Shown here: in pieces, positions 13,621 to 26,799 of the stretch
Layout: each line of letters opens with the position of its first letter
Numbering within the stretch: the first letter of the stretch is position 1
Assembly (NCBI RefSeq): GCF_001194135.2
Contig: NC_068988.1
Coordinates: 5,011,512 to 5,075,511 of the forward strand
DNA: 64,000 nt
Source of the DNA: Octopus bimaculoides
Lineage: Eukaryota
Direction of reading: 5' to 3'
Notes under the pieces: model-generated
The model's input: only the letters and a program-made list of their open reading frames with translations
Databases searched by the model: none
What the model was told of the DNA's origin: nothing
Made by a program: the position numbers and the translations under genes

Positions 13621-14964
13621 TGACAAATAAAGATAAAGAGGTGGCTGCATACAGACTATATTAGCAATCATATCTACAATGCACAGATGGGAAGCTAACA
13701 CTTTGTTTTAGAAACCCTACACTCACCATAACGGTTTATATTGACCAACATTGAAACGTTAATGCGTTCATTTATGTTGTCATCTTTGTATTAATGGATC
13801 TGTGAGTATACATATATTATTGAATGGCAGGCGCGTGAGAATTAGAAGGAAAGGAGAAATAAAGCCATAAGTTAGTAATTCATCGAAATACACCACAGCA
13901 GTCACCTGCCGGAAATCACTAGACATGCTTTGTTTGTCTGTAAACAAATGGTAATCAGCTGAAGATCAATAAATTACTTTTTTATTAAAAAGTTAGTTAT
14001 TTAAGAGGAAAAAACCTGGTACCATGTCACGAATCTAGTGATGATCTGTTAGTGATTAATACAAAATATAATTACTTCAACAGAAACTAAATAATGTATA
14101 GAATACATCCTTAAAGTTAGGTAAAATAATGTGATATATGTGAGATATGTACATGATTTCAAGAAAATATTGTATCTGATTGTTAGCTGTAATGTTCGGC
14201 TATACGAAAATTCAAATGAAGTACCACAATAGTCGATGAGGTGACACTTCATAAAACTACCCGGTTGTATTCATAACTAATAGCTTTATCATTCTCTTCG
14301 TTGTTGGAACATTCACAAAAGAATCTCTCAACGTTAACTAATTTTTATTTCAATTGTATTAAAGTACATTTTATTTTTATTGTAAATTCGTGAAGAAATA
14401 GTAAGCCTGCTGAAATATCAGCCAACAACATAAATAATAATTATCTATAGCTTCATAAATAGCTAAATGGTTATTTAAAATCAATAGTAGTCAGAGTAAG
14501 CAATTGCTGCTGGTGTGTTTATCAGTGTAGAACTATGTTGTCATGTCGAGATCTTTTTGTTTCTAGCGTCAAAATTACCTTTATTCGCTTCGTTGGCTAA
14601 AACTGTTATTGCAATGGTTGAAATTCGACCAGGTTGAAAAGCTACCAATGATCTATTTGAACTGCTATTTTGGCAGCCAACTTTTAACGTTATTACAATA
14701 TAAGCTAACATTCTGACATAAAGCATAGAGTTGAAAATTGACTATATAGCAATTAGGATTGTTATATTCCCAACGATAGTCGTCTTTCAATACGGAGGTA
14801 GCAAAAATAAGAGAAAAAAAGTCTTTCTTTTTCTTAAAGATTTACAGAAATATTTTAGCAGAGCATCGCTGAACATCGTGATGCAGGTAGGTAGGTAGGT
14901 AGGTGTGGGGGGGGCGTGTTTGTTTGCTGGTGTGTGTGTTTGTTTGTTTTACACTTCAGCCTTT

Positions 14965-15285
14965 GAGTGTTGTCATTCTCCCTGAAGCTAGTCTTGATCC
15001 AGCTGGTCTTTGATAACCAAAAGTGTTCCAGCCGTGACCAACTCGTATTTTGTCCATTGGAAATGTGCTTTTGATTACATTATTAAGCATTGATCTCTTC
15101 ATTCTTTTTAAGATGGTAAGCGGCCATTCAAAGGAGATTTAACTTATGTTTAGCAAGCCGAGTGACTACACGGACGATCTCTTAATTGGTTCGTGACTAT
15201 GAATGTTCATGTTTAATTCCAGGTCAGCCTTGACCGAGCAGACCTATGGTCAATACACTCCAGCAGGGATCATCGCATCCTTTTG
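14965..15285 (+). repeat. Two degenerate fragments of one interspersed repeat family
   Basis: gtcttgatccagctggtctttgataaccaaaagtgttccagccgtgacca (~14990-15040) resembles gccttgaccgagcagacctatggtcaatacactccagcagggatca (~15227-15272). Family not assigned. Confidence 0.45.
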
Positions 15286-15574
15286 TACAATCATCATTAC
15301 AACATTCAATGTGACATTCGTTGTTTTAAGATGACAGGCCGTGATTGAGGCGATTTTACTGTTATTTCTATCAATTCGAGTGACCATTTCGTTTGTGTAT
15401 GCGAAGGCGTATTGTCTACCCGAGCATGCATGCTACCTGTATATGCATTTGTACACACCTGTCCGACTTGATGTCTATGTTTGTGCCGGGTGTTCGCTGA
15501 CATGAATTTGTGAATTTGGATTTGTTGGTGAGACTAAATGACTATTTGATTCAGGAGGTGCGTGTGTATATGTT

Positions 15575-15735
15575 TGCGTGAGAGAGTGTGTGTGTGTGTG
15601 CGCGTCTGTGTGTGCGCGTCTGTGTGTGCGCGTCTGTGTGTGTATATGTGTGTGTGTGTATGTGTGTGTGCACACGCGCATCTGTGTGTGTGTGTGCGCG
15701 CACGCGCGCGCGTGTGTGTGTGTTCGACTGTGCGT
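15575..15735. repeat. Alternating purine-pyrimidine (TG)/(CG) tract with a 14-bp unit (tgtgtgcgcgtctg) x3
   Basis: Direct reading. Confidence 0.9.
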
Positions 15736-16039
15736 GTTTAAATATAATGTTTAATATAATGAAATACTAATCAGAATAACACAAAGATAACAAATCCGTT
15801 CGCAACAGGTATTGTCACGTGTTGCGGACTAAGTACACAAAAGCTCCATCTGTCCATGAATAGTAAGTCCTGCAGAATGGTGGTGGTAGATGGTGATAAT
15901 AGATGTGGAGCCGCACAAAATACGGGGATGATTTATCGAGTGACACATTACACCGACAGAGAAATGCTATATTATAAATTTTCAAGATTTCTTGACTAAC
16001 TGGATGACTTTCAGAGTTAGATCAGTATATGATTGGTGG

Positions 16040-16355
16040 ATCTCAGTCGTTCAACGATGGGGATTCAGTTGATAGTCCAACTGAATTGTCTGCCCCTGAA
16101 TTAATATGTAAGTTATTGTACAATCCACAGACAAGTGAATCTTTCATGTAGTTCTTTGGCAAAATCCGTGTACGACAAGCGTACACGTTTTGAAGTACAA
16201 TCCACCAAGCAGACTTCCGTACAGTTTCCACTGAACAATTTCCCTCACAGTACAGTATATTGGTTGACTCGAAGCTGTAGAACAAGTCATTTTCCCGAGA
16301 TGCCAGATCTTAGTGAGATTGAACTCGGGAACCTCGTGGGTGCGAAGGGAATTTG
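16040..16355 (-). mobile_element. Old, highly diverged SINE: D-like head with the B/C-type 3' module
   Basis: 16040-16160 aligns loosely with 28850-28960 (ttcagttgat..aattaatatgtaagt..tccacagaca..gtagttct). 16210-16350 aligns loosely with the family D head (cagtttcc..gaactcgggaacc). Confidence 0.6.
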
Positions 16356-16909
16356 TTAATCATTCGAGTATATTGCGTCCACAGGAACATGATATTAATC
16401 TGTGATCATCCAGTGTACATTATTATATTATATTTACATAATAAACGATTTACAGGATTATTACGAAATTATATGAAGTGGAAAGGGTAATATATTTACT
16501 GCGAGATAAATCCATTACAGAGGAGCATTACAAATGTCACATTTACTGAGCCTCAAACTGGGTGAACCAGGTTGAAAAGGCTGTAGATCGACACTTTTCT
16601 CGTTAACCAAGCCCCCATCAACTTCAATTTTCATTTGAAAAGATAAGTAAAGAGAGAGAGGGAAGTGTCACCTCCCAACAATTTAGTTCGAAGGCGGGTG
16701 AATGTAACGCGAATAGTCCGAATGAACGAGTCTATTCTAAGCATTGCACCTCTAGATTGCGCATAGACGAAGGGGAGAAGGCACTTGCCCTAGAGGCCAG
16801 AGTGATCGTGGGTTTTTGTGAGGTTTCCACGAGCAGCCTTTAGAAGTCCCCTAATTTTGGGGATTCTAATACTTAGGATTTTCATTGTCTTTATTTATAC
16901 GTTTCATTC

Positions 16910-17246
16910 CCACTCTGGGTTACAGCAAGCAACCTTAGATGCCAAGAACCCTCTTAAGTATCCTAGCTGTCCCTAATAACACTGTTTTCTGCAGCTGTAC
17001 TAAACTGGGTTTTTATGCCTATTTCTTCTATCCATCTGTTCAGATCTTTAGGGATAGTTCCCAATGCACTGATAGCTACTGGGATTCATTTTACCAGTAC
17101 TTTCCATAGTCTTTGTAATTCAGTAGCTAGGTCCTGGTACTTTACTCTCATTAATTTTTTCATCATTTGGGACTGTAAAGTCAATTATTTGGCACGTTCT
17201 GTTCTCTTTATCTACTACTACCAAATCAAGCCTTCTAGCTTCTATT
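16910..17246 (-). mobile_element. 3' fragment of an R4/Dong-like non-LTR retrotransposon (restriction-like endonuclease domain)
   Basis: The minus strand translates across two frameshifts and one stop as IEARRLDLVVVDKENRTCQIIDFTVPNDEKIN..KYQDLATELQRLWKV..IPVAISALGTIPKDLNRWIEEIGI..SLVQLQKTVLLGTARILKRVLGI*. This is the characteristic PD..D-type RLE C-terminus, with the usual PD read here as LD. Confidence 0.85.
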
Positions 17247-17490
17247 AGCACGTTGGACGAAATGCTTAATGGTATTTCGTCTGCCGCTAAATTCCGCGAA
17301 GATCGACTTCCTCATCGATAACTTAAGTACCAGTGAAACACTGGGGGTCCAGGAAATTGACTAGTCTCTTCCCCGAAATTTCAGGCCTTGTGCCTTTACA
17401 AGAAAGCATTATTATTGTTGTTGTTATAGAAATAATACGGTGCCCCAGTATGGCCGTAGCTCTCGAGCTGAAACTAGTAAGACAATATAC
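17245..17490 (+). mobile_element. 5'-truncated, internally deleted SINE family A copy with a D-type tail fragment
   Basis: ttagcacgttggacgaaatgcttaatggtatttcg..tcgataacttaagtacc..tttcaggccttgtgcc, followed by cggtgccccagtatggccgtagc. Confidence 0.75.
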
Positions 17491-18976
17491 TATAAAACAA
17501 CCACGTAAAATATCCTATCGGGGAAATAATTACGAACCAATTTATTCCTTAGAATCAAGATATGTTGTTACATTTATAAAAGAGAAATCTTCATAAAACA
17601 TTTAATTTCATGGCAACCTCGAGTCAAATATTCTTCTCCTCTGCGACGATGACATCACATTTCTAAATGAAGTCTTCACTGCAATCATCAAGTGTCATTA
17701 ACAACATTCTATTGTTCAGGTTTTATCTGATGTCTATTGGAATATTCAGCAAAGCGATGAGTCAGTTCAACTTATTTATCTATACACTGTTGCCTCCTCT
17801 TGTTTATGCCTCCATTTGTTTTGTCAAAATTCCATAGTGAACATTTAAAAAGAAACAAAGCACAAAACAATTCTAACCTAAAATTTTAATACTGAAAGGC
17901 ATATTGTGCTAGATAAATGATAGGAGCTAATAAACCAAACTACTTTTTTTGACTACTATTCCAATTATGAAGCTAGATTTCCCTATATCCTGTGAATTTA
18001 ACAGCTCTTTGTCTAGTGCTGCTGTTGTTGCTATTTAATTCGTATAAACGGATTACTAAACGTGCATCACAATACAAGTGATTTGCAAGGAGGCATGAAT
18101 TCCACTAGACAGAAACATGTAAGCTACGGAGTCTCTTTGTTTCGATCAACAAGCTTTATTCAACAAGCTTTATTCAACCTATATGAGATTTTGTTGAAAC
18201 CAACCGAGCCACTTTTAGAATGCAGCTCGATTCTGAAAAAGAGGAAGTTTCGAGAACTGCTTTTGTCAATGATTAAAAAGAGAAATCAATACAGAAAGTA
18301 TTTTGTGGTAGGGGAAAGGCCTTGTTTTCTAGCCTCATTTTCTTTCCTTTTTTGTTTTCCATTCACAAAATAAATCCTTTGCAAACTGAGACAATAAATC
18401 ACACTTTTTTTTTTTTTTCATTTCTCGAAACCACTACTTTGTTGTGGTTGTTTTTTGACTTCCGAGTTTTACATCAAAAACAGTTTTTATTTTATCTTTT
18501 CAGGTTTAGTTTCTGTATACGTACGTATTTTTTTTTTTTATATATTTCTATTTTCCCTCTCTAAATGCACTGTTTATTAAAAGGAAGACACGAGTCGCCT
18601 GTTTTCGCGAATTCTGTACAACTGACTCTAAATTACAGTTCAGTGTGCAACTAAACTAAATTCGACATTAAAAAAAAAGTACCATCAAATATCAGAAGAA
18701 TTGTGCTTCTCTCTGTTGTTCTGAGTATTTTCAAGTCAACAACAAATGAGAATTCAGTGGAGAGAAACGACAATAGATTATTTCATGAGTAGCGAGTATC
18801 ATTAGCATCATCGTTCAAACCATTTTTACTCTGTGTTAATGCCTCACCAATGAAAAACACATTTGGCTCAAACTAAGGGGGGTGACCTCTATTTAAACAG
18901 CCGAGCTTACACTGGCACTCTTTCTCTGGATAACAGCTTCATAGAATAAACAATATTGATGGAAATCATGATGATA

Positions 18977-19279
18977 ATCGTTAACGCGTTGGACAACAAG
19001 ATTACCAATATTTTCTACCGATTCTTTACGTTCTGAGTTCAAATATCGTCAAAGTGTTCAGTGCCGAACCAAATACAAGAGCTAATGGAATCGAAATTTC
19101 TGGCCTTGTGCCCAAGTTACAAAGAATTATTACAATTATTATTATAATTATTAAATTCTGCCGAAATTTGGGGGTCGATAAATTAAGTAACAGTTGCGTA
19201 CTGGGGATCGATCTAATCGACGGCCCTTCCTCCAAAATTTTAGATCTCGTGCCTATAGTAAAGAAGATCATCATCATCA

Positions 19280-19340
<61 letters not shown>
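18977..19340 (+). mobile_element. Two adjacent degenerate family A SINE copies ending in (ATC)n(ATT)n
   Basis: The first copy has ttacgttctgagttcaaat..tggccttgtgcc. The second has ggggtcgataaattaagta..ctggggatcgatctaatcgac..tcgtgcctatagta. Confidence 0.7.
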
Positions 19341-19504
19341 AAATCAGGGTTTGTTGGAACTCCTGTAATCTTGCATGTGTAGCGGGCTTGTTACCTGCAG
19401 CCTACGTAGCTATTTGTTCCTTTCAACGATCTAATAGTTTCCTGATGATTGTGGGCCGTTCCAAGGAGGCAAGCTTTTTGCAACAGCTCTCATTATTATT
19501 ATTA

Positions 19505-19730
19505 TGGCAGAATCGTTAGCACGCTGGGCGAAATGCTTAGCGGTATTTCGTTTTTTTTTACGTTCTGAATTCAAATTCTTCCGAGGTCCACTTTGCCATT
19601 CATCCTTTCTGAGTCGGTAAATTGAGTGCTCAGCCACTTGCACGTTAATTTCACGAGCAGGCTGTTCCGATGATCGGATCAACTGGAACCCTCGTCGTTG
19701 CAACCGACGGAGTGCCACGACGACGACGAT
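19505..19730 (+). mobile_element. Chimeric SINE: family A head/body fused to the family B/C 3' module
   Basis: 19505-19623 matches family A (ggcagaatcgttagcacgctgggcgaaatgcttagcggtatttcg..catcctttctgagtcggtaaatt). 19624-19730 matches the B/C tail (gagtgctcagccacttgcacgttaatttcacgagc..gacggagtgccac). Confidence 0.8.
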
Positions 19731-20494
19731 CTTGTACAACCATGGATTATGTGGAAGTCAGCTTTGAATGAAATTTAAAATTCAGCCATGATGCAATAAA
19801 CTTCGAGGAAAACGTATCTAATACCTTTTTTCATACATACCGTTCAAGCAATTAGATATCAATTTTATAATGAACGAGCCCCAAAAGAATAAGATAGACA
19901 TTCAATCCTGGTGCGATTTGAACCAAGCGAGATAAATAATTTAATCTGTTGTTATTTCTTCTGTCTCAACACCATTCTGACTAATCAACAACAATACTAC
20001 TTCAGAGGTTGTTATTCCTTGAAATATTTCTCTAAATCATTCAAGCCAACCCAGAATAGTTGAATAAAAATAGTTATCTTGTTACATGTGTTGCCTTTAA
20101 CTTTTGTAGTTTTATGAAACAAACACTCAAATGAAATACGTAAAAGAAGACCGAAAGAAACATTACAACAGACATAAACATTAGATCCTGAATCAACTTA
20201 GATTTAGCAGAACCTAAACAGTGCTATTAACCAATTGTGTCCCCGATAACACAAGATTGGCTGAAGGAAGAAATTACAATGGAGGAAGTCGAACTTCTTA
20301 ACAACTTTCACCAACTTCACAAAAACACATCATTTCAGAAATCCTTCCTGAAAGAATTCTCTATCCCAAGTTCTGTTGTGATATTATAAGAATTCGTTTC
20401 AAAATATTGCACATTTTGTGATTATTGCTTCATCTCTCAAAAGTGCAACGGGCGACAAGTAATAAGTGAAATCAACCCATGATATTTTTTATTT

Positions 20495-20800
20495 TTACAT
20501 ATTTTAGTCATTAGATTGCGACCATGTACTTACTTTTAAAGCTTGGTGCTTAGTCTCTTTCGCTGAACCGCTAAGTTGCGTGGGTGTAAACACGTCAATA
20601 CCGGTTGTCAAGTAGTGGGAGACAGACACAGATACATACGCGCGCGCGTGTGCGTGTGCGTGTGCGTATGTGTGTCAGCATTCTTTAGATTTCCGTCTAC
20701 CAAATCCACCCATGAAGCTTTGATCCGCCCGTAAATATAGCAATATACACTTGCTCAAAATACCATGCAGTGGGACTGAACCCGGAACCCTTGGTTGGGG
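20495..20800 (-). mobile_element. SINE family D with an internal microsatellite
   Basis: Colinear with 31157-31435 (tttagtcatt..gtctctttcgctgaa..tttccgtctaccaaatc). The tRNA-like head cagtgggactgaacccggaacc is at the right end. Confidence 0.8.
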
Positions 20801-23800
20801 AAAAAAATGGCTATTTTTGAGCGGAAAATTGTATTCATTACCACTATATTGATTCACAGTAATATACAGTGCATATAAGTACATTGTGTATGCACCAATA
20901 CATATGTGAATATACGTGTGTTGTGTGTGTACATCCGTACATAATTATGCATTCGTGTGTATTTAAATACGGAAACGAAAAATATTCACTCATTTTCTAT
21001 AGATATTTCCTTCTTCATTAATTCCGTCTTTGAAGCCTCTCTTAAATGGATTAGATTAATAGTTATTCTTTCTGTTTACTTAATTAATTTTGAAATAAAG
21101 CAGTAATTTTTGTCTCTTGATGATCTGCAATTATTAATAACTCTATTCAAATATTATTAATTCAGAGTGAAATGTTGGTGAAAAAGAAGAAAATATGTTA
21201 ACTTCTATTTCACTTCAATCATTCAAGATTTTGAGAAACGAAGTATGTCACACGATAATATTTCCGGCTGTGGAAGGTGGAGGAGAATAACAGAATTTGG
21301 TTATGATTCTTGAAGTGCAGAATTATAACTCTTCCTGATTATCATAGCTTTTAGGAGCGATAAAATAAATACTACTTCGCCGCAGAATTGTGGTCATTTA
21401 TCCAATTTAGAAATATTATGCTGCTACATTGACGAAGAAATACAAATAACATTTCATAAATACACGTGGGAAATGGCATTGCAAGATGGTATGTTATCAA
21501 AATTTCTCAGATTTTTTTATCTACTATAAAATCCCTCATATCTTTACATGTGGCATTACTAAGATTTCTTCAGGTGCCTGTGCCTCTCCAACTCTTCATA
21601 AGTCAATAACGAAAGAGATTTGAAATAAAGCATTTTGTTATTGTTACTATAAATGACAAAAAAACAATCTTTCTTCACATAAATTATTTTAAATGTGTTG
21701 TCTTTAAATCTTGTTCTAGTTTACCTCGTCCACCTTGTTCAGTCTTAGCACTTAGTCCAGATAAAACCAAAAGCAATACGAGTTTCAGATTATGGTTTAC
21801 TTTTGGTAAATTTGCTTTTGACGATGAATTCGCTGTAAACACCAGCAAGCACGTTCTGTTCGTATCCACTGGATTCTGTTTCTTCACATTCAGTAATGGA
21901 TTTTAACCAAATAACCAGTGAATGCAATTTGGTTTATTAATCATAGAAATATATAATTCTCCAAAACGTTCATCATCGCTGTTCGTTCGTAGGAAAAGTC
22001 ACCAAACTCTTTAACATCAATATTCTGAATGTTTTTCAATTGCTTTATTATATTTCTTTAAATACAAAATTAGCTTCAGTCAATTAAGTTGCCAAATCCA
22101 CAGGATATATCTGTAGGTAGAGCTTGACATAAAACTACTTACTTATTATTTCGAGCAGAATTTACTGTGAAATTTCCGAAATAAACATGTATTGTGTCCT
22201 GTATTCGTCAGAAGTCTACACTGCATAGCTGGTTAACTTGCTTCAGACTGTGTATGTGTATGCATGTATGTGTGTATTATGTAAGATTCCTGGATGAGTG
22301 TAAAGCATTGGTTGTGAGGGTTGTGGGAGGTAGACAAAGGAGAGAACATGAGGGAGGGAGTTGTTGCTATGTGTATTTGTGTGTGAGTATATGTGTTATG
22401 TGTGTGTGCGTGTATGTTAATTACTTTAACAACAGCATTTATAAAGCAATGTCATATGGTTGCCCATATATAAATATAGCCATAAGCGTTCGTGAATGTA
22501 TGTGTGTGAGTTCATTATTATAATAGCAGTGAATGTAGATTGGTAGTTTTTCTCTTTCTCTGTATTATTTGTATTTTAATAGCAGTAAACTGCGCCAACA
22601 TGACTATTTTGATTCGACCATTTGTTACCATAAACAGAAATACAAACATTTTTAATACCGAATGTTCTATTACTAAGTAATTCGTTATTGGCATCTTTAA
22701 AACACTGGTCGACCGTAGGTTTATTTATTTAATATCTTTCAAGACACCACTAAACAGTGATCCACGAAACCTATATTCAGAAGCCATGCTATACACTATA
22801 TAAAGAGACTTAAAAGTCTCCTGGAGACAAAATCCAAAACCGTTCGTTTTACATTTTTGTTTCTCATCTTTCTTGCCACCAGAAATTCAAACTATTTCTG
22901 TTCAATCGAATGTAATTTATAATCAATTTTATGTCACGATTCATGAATTCATAGAAAGTGTGGAAATGATATCGAAAGCTTCCAGATATGTATCGCATGT
23001 AGCTAGTCAGCTATGAAGTAATATCGAATGCTACAAACTAACAAAGATTAATTTTGCCCAAATAAAATACGACGACTATTTTATTATCTTTAATCAATAA
23101 GTATTTGCGATAAGACTGTATTTTGTGTACTCAATAATAAGTGATTTTATTTCTCTAATTCTTTCGGAAAAGCATAAAATAACATTTAAACACTCATATA
23201 TTCTGCTTTGTTACTTTTCCAACTTCTAAATACTTACACATATCATTGAATATGTTTTGCAATTATATAATCACCGAGGTATTTAATTAGTACTATTAAC
23301 AAAGTTTAACTTGTTGCACTAAGTATACAATTACAGAGCCTATTGATAGGAATTTTTTGTTAGATGTCATGGCTAAGTACAACATATGTAAATGAAAACA
23401 GAGAAATCGTTGCATATCAAATAAAACTTCACAACTTTAAAGATTTTAAAGAATATAAATAGAACGGTTGATGTCTGTAAGCTAGTAAAGCATTGGAAGT
23501 GAATCGGTCGCAGTTTTTTGCTTCTTTTATTTTTCTCAAAATGTGAATCTCGCCGAGGTCGAATTTACATTTATCGATTACACTTCCTATAAAAAGTGAA
23601 TTTCCTAAGAAACCAATATTAATGTCAACGGGCTTCATTTTACATTCTAACCTCCAAGTATCGAGATCGATTACCTTCATATTCAATAAGTTCACGGTTA
23701 AAAGAACTAATAAATTCGTTGTCTGATCGGTATAGTTGATAATGTAGTTAGATCGATATTATTATCAAGAGATCTAATACATGATTATTATATTTATGTA

Positions 23801-26302
23801 TTTTGAAGATATCAAAAATTTCATGTCTCTATTTACATTTCTTCATGTGTCAGTAGATTCACTTGCGTAACAAAGTAATAGGTTATGTTTAATCAAATCA
23901 ATTGAAGGATAGCAAGAATTCATTTCAATACTGAAGGCTTGCGCTAGTCGTTAACACCAGCGTCTGAACCGCTTACAGGAATCGTAATATTATCGTTAAT
24001 AATTAGCAGTGAGGAAGAATTGTAAGGATCTAACACATGAAGAAAACATATTTCCAATATATTTAAACTAGTGTGTTATAAGACACAAAGTGAGTGTATA
24101 AGTTAACTCGCACCACAAAACGTAATTTTCACTTGGAATTCTTCCTTAAATTAACTGTAAAAAAAGAGGACGGAGTTTCAAAAGAAATGCAACAGTTTAA
24201 AAAGGAAACAATAAAACTTCATACAGTCGTTCTTCAACACTATACGCATTAATTCCGTTTACAATAAAGACAGGCATAATTCTACAATATACCATAATAG
24301 GAGTATATTACAAGACACTCTAATGAACTTTAGGGACAAATAACAACGGTCATTAAGTTATAAGGGAAATAGACTTAAATGATATTAATGGACATTATAT
24401 AAAGAATCTCAGCAAATATTCTGGTATAGAAACAGGTCATGCTTCCAGACAAGAGTGTTTGGTAAGATTTGAAATTTTATGACAAAATGTACCAGGAATG
24501 GTTGTTTTTTTTGAAACACTAGCTGAAGTAAAAGACTAGAGAATTAACATACAAACCTAATAATGCAAAATATAAAAAATTAAAAGCACAAATATTTGAA
24601 TAGTTTGTAAATTATAGAAATATTTTTCATCATTTGTGTACTCAGGTCAATGTTTGCACATTTCATATTGCAACACCTTTTTGGTAAATTGCCAATTAAC
24701 CAGAAACATCTAGAGATATTTTACTATTCTATTTTAAATCGATTATATCTAAAAGTAGTGATTGCTTTATTCAAGAGAACCTTTTAATGTAATATTTTTT
24801 TCTTTATATAACCAAACAGTTTCAACTTTTCCCACACACATACGTACTCACGCACATATCTACATATATATATATATATATATATANNNNNNNNNNNNNN
24901 NNNNNNNNNNNNNNNNNNNNNNNNNNNNNNNNNNNNNCATCGTCGTCATCATCTAGAGACTTTAAATTTCTAAAATATCATTTTCGCATCGAAATGTTTA
25001 CTTCTCAATGTATTGGTAAAAGCTGAAGTAATTTTAGTCTTGGCCTGTGTTGATAATAACGATGCCCAAAGTAAATACACGAGGTCGTTTCTTTTTGAAA
25101 AGTCAATATATGTTCTTTACTAGACAAGTGTACCTAAGGACTCGGTAGAGTTGAAATTTTATATCCTTGAAGCTGATATCCCAAGAGAGAAGCATAAAAT
25201 TTAAATTAATCTTATCAATTTCATGTTTTATCTTAGTCCAAAATATTAAGTATTTAAATCTCCGAGCACTAACATCAAGTTTTGTTGACTAATATATTTC
25301 TACGTGTGAATAAGTGGATTCTAAGTCTATTACCAATATTTACGTTTATTCTCGATATACAATAATTTTATTCATTGAATGTCTATTAAAAATTTTTTAA
25401 CAGAAGTTATCTTCAGAAACGAGGTGAAATAAACAAATGCACAAATACAAAATTCTTATGTGTGTGAGAGAGAGAGAGACTAAGAGAGTGGCGGTGGAGG
25501 ATATAAAAAGGAGAGAATTCTTTAATATTCATCCAGTAATTGTAATACTTAAGCTGTGAATGGCAGTTTTTTTTTATTTTCGAAGAGACATACACGTATT
25601 TAGAAGCCCACCTAAAATTTGCAGTATCATCTACAACAATGTTTTTTTTTTTTTGTTTTTATTTAAGTACTTATATAATGAATTTGTAAACCGTTCTACA
25701 ACAGAGTCTAGTAATATAAGGAAGAACAAATGCAGCTTTGATAAAAGTATTGGTTCGGATTAGTGAAATTACACGATAATTAGGCATAACGTTAACCATA
25801 TATCAGAAGACATTTGATCAAATTGAGGTGCTAAAAGTAAGAAATATCTGCACAAACTTAGCAAATTTTCTCTTTGTTTTCATATATTTTCCTCCTACCA
25901 TTAATTAGGATTAAAATGAGATTATATACTAGCCAATTGAATTAACTGTTTGCTTTATAAATTTTAAGGTTTCCACAACAGTGAGTGTATTCAAATGCAC
26001 TGCTCTGCACCTTATTCAATGCATTTCGCTATTGCTTCAAGTTCATCCAAGGTTTATGAGTGTGGAGGCGTAGATGAATCTCATGCCGACAAGGTGCCAC
26101 CATTATCACACAGTGCCGCGCGGATCTGGATGAGGATTAAGTTTAGGTTGTTCCTGTGCAATATCAAGTCACTTTCGCGCATGCGTGTAACACCTTACAG
26201 TTTCGTCAGACCCTCAAACATGAAATGCTTCAAACATGAAACTAATGAAGTTTATTAAATAATCGTTTATTCCTTCGTCATCTCTTTTCTTATTACCGCT
26301 TC

Positions 26303-26340
<38 letters not shown>

Positions 26341-26762
26341 CGTATATAAAATCTCCTGCGAATTAACATGGATCCCTTAACGACAATGTAACCCTTCATT
26401 TAACTAATGTATCTTCAGCTTGATGAGTAACTAGCGGAGTACCCCTTGTTCGGATAATTACTACTTCCGAGGTTCTGCTAGCTAGCAAGCATATCTAGCC
26501 TGAAGTTTACCAACTCCAATCCTTTAATTTAGGATTCAAATACTCAGCAACTCCAGTTGCTAACTGTGAACTATAAAATAACTTTTTTCAGATTATCGAA
26601 CTTCGATATGGGAAAAATTTACCTTCTCGTCAATAAACTACTGGTGTTCCTGAAAGTTGTTTTTTATACCTTCTACGGACTGCTCGAAGCTTACTTACTT
26701 CCTACACCTTGATCCTGGGATCTTACCTTCACATATTGTTATATATATATACTACATGTGTA

Positions 26763-26799
<37 letters not shown>

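Noticed and set aside
16047-16113. Exon-like SFNDGDSVDSPTELSAPELI|gtaagt
   Set aside because: It lies within a decayed SINE 3' module and has a poor acceptor.
25240-25330. Minus-strand LMLVLGDLNT resembling an APE endonuclease GDFN motif
   Set aside because: The flanks are full of stops and only one short motif matches, which is too weak to call a LINE remnant.
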